Positions 27,944-37,310 of a stretch of 64,000 nt of DNA are shown here, one piece after another (within the stretch, counting starts at the first letter, position 1; the number at the start of each line of letters is the position of its first letter). Position numbers and translations under genes: made by a program. Origin of the DNA: an uncultured Clostridia bacterium (GTDB lineage: Bacteria; Bacillota; Clostridia; Oscillospirales; CAG-272); contig CANRFY010000001.1 of NCBI GenBank assembly GCA_947630015.1, positions 9,894 to 73,893 on the forward strand. Direction: 5' to 3'. Under the pieces are notes generated by a model that was not told the origin of the DNA, searched no databases, and saw only the letters and a program-made list of their open reading frames with translations.

Positions 27944-29953
27944 TCAGAACGCTATCATCGGTATCGACTTCGGCCGTCTGCCGCCGCGCGGCTCGATCCC
28001 GTCCGCGATCTTATAGACTCTGCCGCTGCATTCGCGCACCTTTTTCATCATCTCGGGGTAGACGCGCGAGCATATATCAAACAGCCCGATATTGTAATTT
28101 TCGCCGTCGAATCTGCCGAGCGTGAACTGATCGTAGCACTGGAAATAGTGACATCCGACGCCATACGGATGAGAAGCGACCGATTCGACGTAATATTGAT
28201 ACGCGACGCCGCGTTCCGTCTGGTTTTCGACGGCCTCAAGACCCGTCGACGGCAATCCCGCGTCGAGCGCGCCGAAGTGGAATTCTCCTATCATCACGGG
28301 CAGATCGACTCCGAGATCGACCACGCGCTGTATCGCTCCGGTCGGATCGACCGCATAGCAATTGATCGAAAACACGTCGAAATTTTCCCATCCCGTCACA
28401 AGATCGGGATCGGATATCCAAGCCCATCTCATGCCGAGTATCATGTGATTCGTATCGACCCTGCGGCATTCGCGCGACGGTATGCCGACATATGCTCGGA
28501 GCATTTCTTTTGAAAATTCATGCATATCGCGCGAGGCGGCGTCAGACAGCCGCGATACGCCGCGCTGCCGCTCGTTAAGCTCGTCGAAGCCGCCAAATGA
28601 GCTTCCCCACGCCGCGTTTAAATTCTCGATTGTACCGTATTTGCCGCGCAATGTTTCGATAAGGCGGCGCTTGCAGGCAGTCGGGGCCGGATTATAAAGC
28701 ACCTCGTCCGCGAGAACGAGATTGTCGACGAACGCCCATGCCGGTTCGTTGCGCAGAAAATACCCGATCATATACGGGTCATCCTTCCGCGCCGCGAGCG
28801 ACATGGCGCATTCTTTTGCGTTATCGGCATATTCATCGCTGAAAACGTCAGGAAAATCGCGGAAAATATTGATCTTCGTCGACGGGAAGCGCGACAGCGA
28901 GGTGACATAGGGGATCCCCGTCGTGCCGAGCAGATCGCCGTCCGTCCAGTTGCCGAGCGTATTCATGCCGTGCAGCTTCAACTGCCCCGTCAGCATCGAG
29001 CGCCATGTGCCGTACCATCCGTCGCCGAGCGCGCGATAAAGATTCGCGCGGAAGAACGAAAATGTTTTGAGCCGTCTTCCGCTCGATCGGCGTCTTTCGG
29101 GACGCTCAAAATACAGGGAGCCGTATACGGGATCGTCTCTGTCGGGCAGCCATTCAAGCCAGTTTTCAACTCCGTCGATGCGGCAGTCGCCGCCGAGACC
29201 GACGCAGTCGGGCCCCATGCTGAAAAACGCGTAGCCCGACGGATCGACGAGCCACCATCTGCCGTTATCCTTGCATTTTGTAAAATACCCAGTGCCGACG
29301 CCGAGTCGTTTGCTTTTCCATCCGCCGTACTCAGTCCAATCGTCGAACGGATATGCGCCGTCAGCCTCGTCTGCCTGGCGCAGAAGACAGTCTCTCAGCT
29401 GCTCGACGTCCGTCGTCTTGCCGTCCCAGCTTTTCCAGCTGCTCTGGCCGAACCGATCGACGAGCTTCACATCCGGCAGCGCCTCAGACACCGGCGGCGT
29501 GTCAGAGAGCATTATATCGCTGAATCTGATCTTGATGTCGTGAAACGAAGCCATCGACGACAAAACGACGCGCTCGATCTCGCTCCTGTCGACGCGGTGG
29601 CCGTGGCATACTATCTTAAGCGTCCCGGGAAGCGCTTCCGGAAACAGCTCTCCCGCCTCGAGCCACGACATATCGATCTTCACCGAGGCGTCAACGCTCG
29701 GCAAAAGTCCGAATCTGACCGTAAACGCGGGCGCGCGCTCGCCGCGCGCATACACGAGCAGATTCAGCGGCACGCTGTGAGTTTCAAGCACAGCGGCGCG
29801 GAACGAAAGATACCGCTCAGTGCGCGATGCTATCTCGGTCAGATCAAATCCCGCGCCGTTTTTCGACAGCGAAAGCGTATACGACCCGCCGTCGGACGAT
29901 ATGAGCGACGCGCCGGCAGTCAGATTTGACTCGTCAATTGCGATCCTTTTCAT
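27944..29953 (-). CDS. Clan GH-A (TIM-barrel) glycoside hydrolase, GH42/GH50-like; cytoplasmic
   Basis: LRNEPAW (acid/base NEP) and IGEFHFGA (nucleophile Glu) spaced as in clan GH-A. No signal peptide. Confidence 0.55.
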   Translation of the reverse strand: MKRIAIDESNLTAGASLISSDGGSYTLSLSKNGAGFDLTEIASRTERYLSFRAAVLETHSVPLNLLVYARGERAPAFTVRFGLLPSVDASVKIDMSWLEAGELFPEALPGTLKIVCHGHRVDRSEIERVVLSSMASFHDIKIRFSDIMLSDTPPVSEALPDVKLVDRFGQSSWKSWDGKTTDVEQLRDCLLRQADEADGAYPFDDWTEYGGWKSKRLGVGTGYFTKCKDNGRWWLVDPSGYAFFSMGPDCVGLGGDCRIDGVENWLEWLPDRDDPVYGSLYFERPERRRSSGRRLKTFSFFRANLYRALGDGWYGTWRSMLTGQLKLHGMNTLGNWTDGDLLGTTGIPYVTSLSRFPSTKINIFRDFPDVFSDEYADNAKECAMSLAARKDDPYMIGYFLRNEPAWAFVDNLVLADEVLYNPAPTACKRRLIETLRGKYGTIENLNAAWGSSFGGFDELNERQRGVSRLSDAASRDMHEFSKEMLRAYVGIPSRECRRVDTNHMILGMRWAWISDPDLVTGWENFDVFSINCYAVDPTGAIQRVVDLGVDLPVMIGEFHFGALDAGLPSTGLEAVENQTERGVAYQYYVESVASHPYGVGCHYFQCYDQFTLGRFDGENYNIGLFDICSRVYPEMMKKVRECSGRVYKIADGIEPRGGRRPKSIPMIAF

Positions 29954-29997
29954 ATTTTTATTCTCCCCGTTTTTGATTTATTGCGCCGCGGGCGCTG

Positions 29998-31119
29998 TCA
30001 ATCGAATCTCTCCGAACACTTTTTCAGCTGCTTTATAACGTCTATATGCTGCGGGCAGGCGCGCTCGCACTGGCCGCATTCGATGCAGTCGGACGCCTTT
30101 CCCTTTCCCGTCGTCGCGATCGTATACTCGCGTTTCGCGCGGAATTCGGCGTTGCCGCGCTGATGATTCGCCACATGGAATATCTCGGGTATCGGGATGT
30201 TCATGGGACAGCCTGCCGTGCAGTAACGGCAAGCCGTACACGGGATCGACGAGTCGCCGTTGAGCGCGCGTCTGGCGCGGTCAATAACGGCTCTTTCCGA
30301 CTCGTCGAGCGGGCGGAACTGCTTCATAAATGAGATATTGTCGCGCATCTGCTCGACGTTCGACATCCCCGAAAGCACCGTGATTATGCCGTCGAGCGAC
30401 GCCGCGAATCTGATCGCCCACGATGCCGGTGACGCGTCGGGGTCGGCGGATTTAAGCACGTCCACGACGTCCTTTATCGGGTCCGCCAGCGCGCCGCCCT
30501 TGACCGGCTCCATGATTGTCACGGATTTGCCGTGCTTTCGCGCGATCTCCCAGCATTCGCGCGCTCTGACGCCCGGATTCTCCCAATCGGCGTAGTTTAT
30601 CTGGAGCTGGACAAAATCAACGTCAGGATGAGCGTTCAAAATCTCTTCCAAAAGCTGCGGGTCGGCGTGGAATGAAAAACCGTAATGCCTGATAAGTCCC
30701 GCTGATTTCTTTTCGCGCACAAAATCCCAAAGATGGTATTTGTCGTATAATTTGTAATTTCCGCGCTGAAGCGCGTGCAGCAGATAATAGTCGAAATAGC
30801 CGGCTCCCGTCCGTTCAAGACTCGTTTCAAACTGCATCTTGGCGTCCACCTCGCTTTTGGCCACCGACGCGTTCAGCTTAGTCGCGATCGTATAGCTTTC
30901 ACGCGGATAACGGTCGACGAGCGCGGCCTTCGCCGCTTTCTCGGACTCGCCGCCGTCGTATACATACGCCGTATCAAAATATGTAAATCCGGCGTCCATG
31001 AACAGATCGACCATCGTTTTTACCTGCTCGACGTCGATCCTGCCGTCGGACAGCTTCGGCAGTCTCATTAAACCGAATCCGAGATTCGGTACGCTTTCGC
31101 CAAAATATTTTTCCATCAT
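29998..31119 (-). CDS. Aldo/keto reductase fused to a C-terminal 4Fe-4S ferredoxin-type domain
   Basis: AKR N-terminal pattern (GFGLMRLP, DTAYVY) and C-terminal CTACRYCTAGCP...CIECGQCERACP. Confidence 0.8.
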   Translation of the reverse strand: MMEKYFGESVPNLGFGLMRLPKLSDGRIDVEQVKTMVDLFMDAGFTYFDTAYVYDGGESEKAAKAALVDRYPRESYTIATKLNASVAKSEVDAKMQFETSLERTGAGYFDYYLLHALQRGNYKLYDKYHLWDFVREKKSAGLIRHYGFSFHADPQLLEEILNAHPDVDFVQLQINYADWENPGVRARECWEIARKHGKSVTIMEPVKGGALADPIKDVVDVLKSADPDASPASWAIRFAASLDGIITVLSGMSNVEQMRDNISFMKQFRPLDESERAVIDRARRALNGDSSIPCTACRYCTAGCPMNIPIPEIFHVANHQRGNAEFRAKREYTIATTGKGKASDCIECGQCERACPQHIDVIKQLKKCSERFD

Positions 31120-31359
31120 GATCTCCTTATTGTTGATAAGACCGCTCGGTCTTTATAAATATTGTACATTTTTTCCGAGCAAAAAGCAATATGATTTTCC
31201 GTATTTATAAAATTTGCTCCATTTCAGACGCGGCAAAAGGAAAAAAAGCGGAATGAATTTTAATCGTCCGCAAAACGGACGCTATGCTTATTCACTATTG
31301 CGTATTGCTTTTTGCTTTCCAAAAATCGGCTGTTTATATTTAGCGAAGAGTAAAGAAGT

Positions 31360-31393
31360 AAAAATCGGCAAGCGACTTTCGCCGCTTGCCGAT
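31360..31393 (-). terminator. Intrinsic terminator directly after tRNA-Leu
   Basis: 11-bp stem ATCGGCAAGCG/CGCTTGCCGAT with an 8-nt loop, flanked by A5/T5 runs. Confidence 0.75.
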
Positions 31394-31399
31394 TTTTAC

Positions 31400-31479
31400 T
31401 GCGGGTAACAGGAATTGAACCTGCACGGTTGCCCATCGGTTCCTAAGACCGACGCGTCTGCCTATTCCGCCATACCCGC
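31400..31479 (-). tRNA. tRNA-Leu (TAG), class II with long variable arm
   Basis: Acceptor GCGGGTA/TACCCGC, anticodon stem TCGGT/ACCGA, loop CTTAGGA, variable arm TGGGCAACCGTG, T-loop TTCAATT. Confidence 0.88.
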
Positions 31480-31734
31480 GAATGGTAATGAGCGGTATGG
31501 CGGAATTCTCACGCACATACCCGCGTAGTGAAACGGAGCGGGAATGGCGAAATCCTCACATGGCTGCGTCAGCAGACATTCCATACCCGCGAACGTATTA
31601 TTTTTATCACAAAAGACGGCAAATGTCAAGTACAAATACGGCGCTGTGTCGCACGCCGCGCGGACGCCATATCATGTTATTAAGCCGTCGACAGAAAATA
31701 AGACGGCGGCTGCAACAAGCGCAAGGAAAAACAT

Positions 31735-31986
31735 ATGACCGCAAACGCAAACGAAGTGCATAAGCTGTGCGATATTGACCCGGGCGAATACGCCGTTATA
31801 AAGGCGCTTACGACAAAGGGCGCCATGCGCCGACGGTTCATCGACATCGGTCTGACCGAGAACACGCGCGTCAAATGCGTCGGACGATCGCCGTGCGGCG
31901 ATCCGTCCGCATATATGATACGCGGCGCCGTGATCGCGATACGGCGCGACGACGCGGAGGGGATCGTCATATTCGATCGGGAATGA
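31735..31986 (+). CDS. FeoA-family small protein; no feoB nearby
   Basis: 83-aa SH3-like FeoA pattern (GEYAVIKAL...RRRFIDIGL...G..V). Confidence 0.7.
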   Translation: MTANANEVHKLCDIDPGEYAVIKALTTKGAMRRRFIDIGLTENTRVKCVGRSPCGDPSAYMIRGAVIAIRRDDAEGIVIFDRE

Positions 31987-32024
31987 GCAAAGAAGGGGCT
32001 GACGCCCCTTCTTTTCGTTTCGCG

Positions 32025-33686
32025 TTACTTTGCCTTATAGCTGTCCTTGAGGCTGACGATGCGGTTATACGTGTTCGGCTTTTTCGTGTCGCGGATGAAG
32101 TAGCCGAGGCGGACGAACTGATAGTGTACGCCGTCCGCGTCCTCTGCGATCGACGGCTCTAATTTGCAGTTTTTGTACGTCACGGCGGAGTTGGGATTCA
32201 GATATTTGTCGTACTCGTCGGACGGGACGTCGTTCATGTTCGGCTCGGTGAAGAGCTTGTCATAGTAAATTACGTCTGCGTCGTGAGCGAATTTCGCCGA
32301 TACCCAGTGTATGGTTCCCTTGACTTTTCTGCCGTCTGCGGGCATTCCGCTGCCCGTCTCGATATCAGCCGTGCAGTGTATCGCCGAAACGTCGCCGTTT
32401 TCGTCCGTGTCGACGCCGACGTATTTGACGATGTACGCGCCCATCAGACGCACCTCGCCGTCCGGCTTGAGGCGGAAGAACTTGGGCGGCGGCACGAGCG
32501 CAAAGTCGTCGCGCTCAATGTAGACCTCGCGTGTGAACGGCACCTTGCGCACACCGGCATCGGGATCGGACGGATTGTTCGGCAGCTCAAAGTATTCGAC
32601 CGCGTCCTCGGGTATGTTGTCGATTATGACCTTTATCGGGTCGACGACGGCGACGCGTCTCGGCGACGACGCGCCGAGATCCTCGCGGACGCAATGCTCG
32701 AGCAGCTCCATCTCCGCCATCGAATCTGTTTTTGCTACGCCTACGCGTCCGAGGAAATCCTTTATCGACGCGGCCGTATAGCCGCGTCTGCGCATCCCGC
32801 AGAGTGTCGGCATACGCGGGTCGTCCCAGCCGTCGACGAGCTTATCCTCGACGAGGCGGCGCAGATACCGCTTCGACATGACCGTATACGTGAGGTTGAG
32901 GCGCGCGAACTCGATCTGGCGCGGCATCACCTTCATATCCATATGCGGCGCGACGTGGTCGCGTACCCAGTCGTAGAGCGGACGGTGTATTTCGTATTCG
33001 AGCGAGCAGAGCGAGTGCGTGATGCCCTCGATGCAGTCCTGTATCGGATGCGCGAGGTCGTACATCGGGAAGATGCACCATTTCGTCCCCTGCCTGTGAT
33101 GCTCGATGTAGCGGATGCGGTAAAGCACGGGATCGCGCATATTGAAGTTGCCGGACGCAAGATCGATCTTCGCGCGGAGCGTGTATTTTCCCTCGGGGAA
33201 CTCTCCCTCCTTCATGCGGCGGAACAGATCGAGGCTTTCCTCGATCGGTCTGTCTCGGTACGGCGAGATCGCCGGATGCGAAAGATCGCCTCGATATTCG
33301 CTGAACTGCTCGGGCGAAAGCTCGCACACGTATGCGTCGCCAGACTTTATAAGCTCGCACGCGAGGCGGTACGTCTCCTCAAAGTAGTCGGAGCCGTAGT
33401 AGAATCTGTCGTCCCAGTCAAAGCCGAGCCAGTGTATATCCTCTTTGATCGCGTCGACGTATTCTGTATCCTCCTTGGCGGGGTTTGTGTCGTCCATGCG
33501 GAGATTGCACCTGCCGCCGTACTTTTCGGCGGTGCCAAAGTCGATCATCAGCGCCTTGCAGTGACCGATGTGGAGATATCCGTTCGGTTCGGGAGGAAAA
33601 CGTGTGTGTATCTCGTCCGGACGGTATTTACCGGACGCTATCTCGCCGTCAATTATCTCGTGAATGAAGTTCGTGCTTTCAGCCAT
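32025..33686 (-). CDS. glnS: Glutamine--tRNA ligase
   Basis: RFPPEPNGYLHIGH (HIGH) and VMSKR (KMSKS) motifs, 553 aa. Confidence 0.92.
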   Translation of the reverse strand: MAESTNFIHEIIDGEIASGKYRPDEIHTRFPPEPNGYLHIGHCKALMIDFGTAEKYGGRCNLRMDDTNPAKEDTEYVDAIKEDIHWLGFDWDDRFYYGSDYFEETYRLACELIKSGDAYVCELSPEQFSEYRGDLSHPAISPYRDRPIEESLDLFRRMKEGEFPEGKYTLRAKIDLASGNFNMRDPVLYRIRYIEHHRQGTKWCIFPMYDLAHPIQDCIEGITHSLCSLEYEIHRPLYDWVRDHVAPHMDMKVMPRQIEFARLNLTYTVMSKRYLRRLVEDKLVDGWDDPRMPTLCGMRRRGYTAASIKDFLGRVGVAKTDSMAEMELLEHCVREDLGASSPRRVAVVDPIKVIIDNIPEDAVEYFELPNNPSDPDAGVRKVPFTREVYIERDDFALVPPPKFFRLKPDGEVRLMGAYIVKYVGVDTDENGDVSAIHCTADIETGSGMPADGRKVKGTIHWVSAKFAHDADVIYYDKLFTEPNMNDVPSDEYDKYLNPNSAVTYKNCKLEPSIAEDADGVHYQFVRLGYFIRDTKKPNTYNRIVSLKDSYKAK

Positions 33687-33704
33687 TGTATTTTTTCCTC
33701 CGAA

Positions 33705-35378
33705 TCAGAGTTTGTTTATCATGGCGCTCACGCGTGATAACGTGCGCTCCGCGCCGATTATGTGCATCACGGTATAGAGGTCGGGCGAGTTGAGTCTGCC
33801 CGTGACGGCGACGCGTATCATCATGCTGATGTCGGCGACGCTGCCGCGATATGCGTCCGCGTTCGATTTGTATTCCTTCATGTCGGCGCAGTAGCCGAGC
33901 GGCGCGCAAATCGCCTTTATCTTTTCAAACCATGCGCCCGCGTCGTCGCCGTCGTCGTATGTCTCGGCAAACATTTCAAGCGCCGATTTGATGTCGTGCA
34001 GATCGGTGTTTTCTGGGTAATCGTCCTCGACCTGGAACGTCTCGTCGTAAAACGGCTTCATGAAGCTTTGCAGCTCGACCCATGTGCCGTAGTCGCGGCG
34101 CGGCTTCTTGCCGCCGCGTCCGATACTGATTATCGACTTGGCGTAATCCTCGCCCATAGTGTCCACGACGGACGCGAAATCGGGCGCGTACTCCTTCGCC
34201 CACGCGTAAAACTGCTTGTACACATCATCCGCCGTCATGCGCGAGACGACATTTTTCGCGACGTCGTCGAGCTTATGCAGATCGAACAGGCACCCGGACG
34301 CGCTCATCTTCTTGACGTTGAACGGGAAATCCGTGTACGGTTTGTCGGGATTCTGCGCGCGCCATTCCTCGTAGTTTGAGTTGAGCAGCGTCATCACGTA
34401 CTCGGTCACGGCGAGCGGGCAGTAGCCGAGGCGGCTGTAATCGTCAAGGTTCGCGCCCATGTCGCGCTTCGACAGCTTTTTCTTCGAGCCGCCCTCGTCA
34501 AGCCGCATTATCTGCGAGATGTGGATATACTTCGGCGGCTTCCATCCCATGTAGGAGAAAAGCTGCAAATGCTTCGGCAGGCTCGGCAGCCATTCTTCGC
34601 CGCGTATGACGTGCGTCGTGCGCATCAAATGATCGTCGACGACGTGTGCGAAGTGATATGTCGGTATGCCGTCCGATTTTAAAAGCACGATGTCCTCGTC
34701 GTTCTCGGGCAGCTCGAGCGCGCCGCGCACAAGGTCGTTAACCTTGCGCTTGCGCGTGCCGTCGCCCTCCGCTATCGCGAACAGCGCGAATTTGTGACCC
34801 GCCGCAAGCTCTTGTTCAACCTGTTCTATCGTGAAATTGCGCCGCGCCAGCATCGCCTCGCGGCGAGCGCCGGCATCTGCTTCCCAGTCGACGCTTTTAA
34901 GCTCCGCCTTCTTGTCCGCTGTCTTTATTTCTTCGAGTTCCTCGTCAGTCGAGAAAACGGGGTAAGCCCTTCCCTCCTCGACAAGTCTCTTTGCGAATAC
35001 GTGATATATCTTGGCGCGCTTCGATTGCGTGTACGGACCGTATGCGCCGACCTCGCCTGTCTCGGTCACGCCCTCGTCAAATTTTATGCCGTAATGCGCG
35101 AGCGTTTTAACGAGCGCCTCTGCCGCGCCCTTGACCTCGCGGCGCGAGTCCGTGTCCTCGATACGCAGATAGCACACGCCTCCCGATTGATGCGCAAGGC
35201 GTTCGTCGACCGTCGTCGGAAACAGCCCGCCAAAATGCACGTATCCTGTCGGACTCGGCGCGAAACGCGTGACTGCTGCGCCCTCGGGCAGGCTGCGCGG
35301 CGGATATTTTGCCTCTATTTCGTCCGCCGACGGAAGCGGCTGCGGAAACAGGAGCGACGCGAGATATTTATAGTCCAT
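33705..35378 (-). CDS. gltX: Glutamate--tRNA ligase (long 557-aa form)
   Basis: RFAPSPTGYVHFGG, LRIEDTD and KLSKRD motifs. Confidence 0.85.
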   Translation of the reverse strand: MDYKYLASLLFPQPLPSADEIEAKYPPRSLPEGAAVTRFAPSPTGYVHFGGLFPTTVDERLAHQSGGVCYLRIEDTDSRREVKGAAEALVKTLAHYGIKFDEGVTETGEVGAYGPYTQSKRAKIYHVFAKRLVEEGRAYPVFSTDEELEEIKTADKKAELKSVDWEADAGARREAMLARRNFTIEQVEQELAAGHKFALFAIAEGDGTRKRKVNDLVRGALELPENDEDIVLLKSDGIPTYHFAHVVDDHLMRTTHVIRGEEWLPSLPKHLQLFSYMGWKPPKYIHISQIMRLDEGGSKKKLSKRDMGANLDDYSRLGYCPLAVTEYVMTLLNSNYEEWRAQNPDKPYTDFPFNVKKMSASGCLFDLHKLDDVAKNVVSRMTADDVYKQFYAWAKEYAPDFASVVDTMGEDYAKSIISIGRGGKKPRRDYGTWVELQSFMKPFYDETFQVEDDYPENTDLHDIKSALEMFAETYDDGDDAGAWFEKIKAICAPLGYCADMKEYKSNADAYRGSVADISMMIRVAVTGRLNSPDLYTVMHIIGAERTLSRVSAMINKL

Positions 35379-35524
35379 AGCTGCGATCCTCTCAAATAAA
35401 TGAATCTAACATAGTATACCACCATAAATATCATTTTTCAAGCGATAAATCGTGTCGCCGCTATTGAAAATACGCAGTCTTTGTGGTACAATTTTATCAA
35501 AAATAAACTATGCGGAGGCGTGAT

Positions 35525-36748
35525 ATGAACTATAAGATCATCGCTCTGATACTTTTTACAGTCGCGTTCGCGTATGACTTGTTCCTTCACATCGTCGAAT
35601 ACAGCTCCAAGAACAATAAGATACCCGAAAACCTGCGCGATATATACGACGAGGAAAAGTACAAAAAGTGGAAGGCGTACCACACCGAGACGTGCGGCAT
35701 CACCATAATATCCACGGTCGTTTCGTTCGTCGTTTACTTTGCGCTTATCGCGTTCGACGTGTTCCCGCGCTTCGTATTTTCCGATAATGTATACGCGTCG
35801 GCGATAACGGTGCTTTTGTTCGGGCTGACGCTCGACGCCGTGGCGGGCGGAATTTTCAATTACATATATTCGATGAAGATCGATGAAAAATACGGCTTCA
35901 ACAAAATGACGTTCAAAACGTTCATCCTCGACACGATAAAATCATATGTGATATCGACCGCCCTCATGATCGGCCTTTTGTCGCTCTTCATCCTCATCTA
36001 CGAGAGCATCGGCGATCTTATCATCGTCATTTTCTCGGCGATACTGTTCACGGTGCTTTTGGCAATATCGTTTCTTCATCCGATATTTTCAAAGATTTTC
36101 AACAAATTCACGCCTCTTGAGGAGGGCGAGCTGCGCGATCGGCTGACGGCGCTTCTTGAAAAGCACGGCTATCACGTCCGCGAGATACAGGTCATGGACG
36201 CATCAAAGCGCTCGACGAAGGCGAACGCGTATTTCGCCGGCTTCGGCAAGATGAAAACGATTGTGCTGTACGATACGCTGATCGAAACGCTTTCGACCGA
36301 CGAGATCGTCGCCGTGTTCGCGCATGAGCTTGGTCACGGTCTGCACCGCGACGTGCTGAAGAACAGCATATTGTCGCTCTTGCAGGTCGTCATCCTCGTC
36401 GTCATGGCATGGCTGACCGTCAGAACAACGGCGATATATCCCGATTTCGGATTTGAGACGCGCAATTACGCGCTCGCGCTTCTCCTTGTGATGCAGTTCG
36501 AGTTCCCCATCATCTCGCCGCTGATCGGATTTATCGCAAGCGCGCATTCGAGGCGCGCCGAATACAGAGCCGACGAGGCCGCCGTGGAAGAGGGCTGCGG
36601 CGAGGCGCTTATCACCTCGCTTAAAAAGATGTCGGGCGACAGTCTGTCCGATCTTTCCCCGTCGAAGATCGAGGTCGCGCTCACGTATTCGCATCCGCCG
36701 CTTTCTGCGCGCATCGCCGCAATCGAAGCAAAAATGGCAGAAAAATAA
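35525..36748 (+). CDS. M48-family (Ste24/HtpX-like) membrane zinc metalloprotease
   Basis: HELGHGLH motif and multiple TM helices. ATG at 35525 follows RBS GGAGG. Confidence 0.85.
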   Translation: MNYKIIALILFTVAFAYDLFLHIVEYSSKNNKIPENLRDIYDEEKYKKWKAYHTETCGITIISTVVSFVVYFALIAFDVFPRFVFSDNVYASAITVLLFGLTLDAVAGGIFNYIYSMKIDEKYGFNKMTFKTFILDTIKSYVISTALMIGLLSLFILIYESIGDLIIVIFSAILFTVLLAISFLHPIFSKIFNKFTPLEEGELRDRLTALLEKHGYHVREIQVMDASKRSTKANAYFAGFGKMKTIVLYDTLIETLSTDEIVAVFAHELGHGLHRDVLKNSILSLLQVVILVVMAWLTVRTTAIYPDFGFETRNYALALLLVMQFEFPIISPLIGFIASAHSRRAEYRADEAAVEEGCGEALITSLKKMSGDSLSDLSPSKIEVALTYSHPPLSARIAAIEAKMAEK

Positions 36749-36866
36749 CGATTTGATCCGATCCGGACGCGTTTTGCGTCTGGATCGTTATTTTTTTCTT
36801 GCATTTTGTCGCCGAGCGTGGTATCATACAGATATGTAAATCACATTTACCGAAACGGAGAAAACG

Positions 36867-37310
36867 ATGCCGATAACGATATTCAAGCGCTCCATACACG
36901 GCTACGACAGGGATCAGGTCGACGAATATATCGCCGGACTGAACCGCGCGTACACGCATTCCCAGCGCGAATATGAAAAAAAGATAGAATCGCTCGAGGC
37001 CGAGATCAGACGGCTACGCCGCGACGAGGCGCCGGCGGCGCCTGTGCGCGAGCAGGAAAGCGACGATCATAAGGCTAAATCGCGCCGCTACGACGAGATC
37101 AGCCAGCGCCTCGGCGAGATACTCATCAACGCGAACGCGGAGGCGTCCGCGATGATGCGCGAGGCCGACGAGCGCGTATCCTCTACCCTGTCGGAAACGC
37201 TTGCCGCGATCGAATCCGAGCTTGGCGCGCTGTCCGACAAGCTGCGCGCGCTGTCCGCATCCGCGCATGAGCGGCTGTCCTGCGATGCGAAGGACGGTTC
37301 GGAAAATTGA
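36867..37310 (+). CDS. DivIVA-domain protein
   Basis: N-terminal FKRSIHGYDRDQVDEYI motif followed by a coiled coil. Confidence 0.75.
   Translation: MPITIFKRSIHGYDRDQVDEYIAGLNRAYTHSQREYEKKIESLEAEIRRLRRDEAPAAPVREQESDDHKAKSRRYDEISQRLGEILINANAEASAMMREADERVSSTLSETLAAIESELGALSDKLRALSASAHERLSCDAKDGSEN

Noticed and set aside
31482-31763. ORFs 31482-31763 and 31544-31738 in the spacer upstream of feoA.
   Set aside because: They have no RBS, their composition is Arg-rich, and they overlap the tRNA-derived repeat relics. They are more likely non-coding.
35379-35524. A possible T-box or other leader upstream of gltX-glnS.
   Set aside because: Only about 145 nt is available, and it is shared with the divergent M48 protease gene. 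No specifier-loop or T-box (AGGGUGGNACCGCG-like) sequence is visible.
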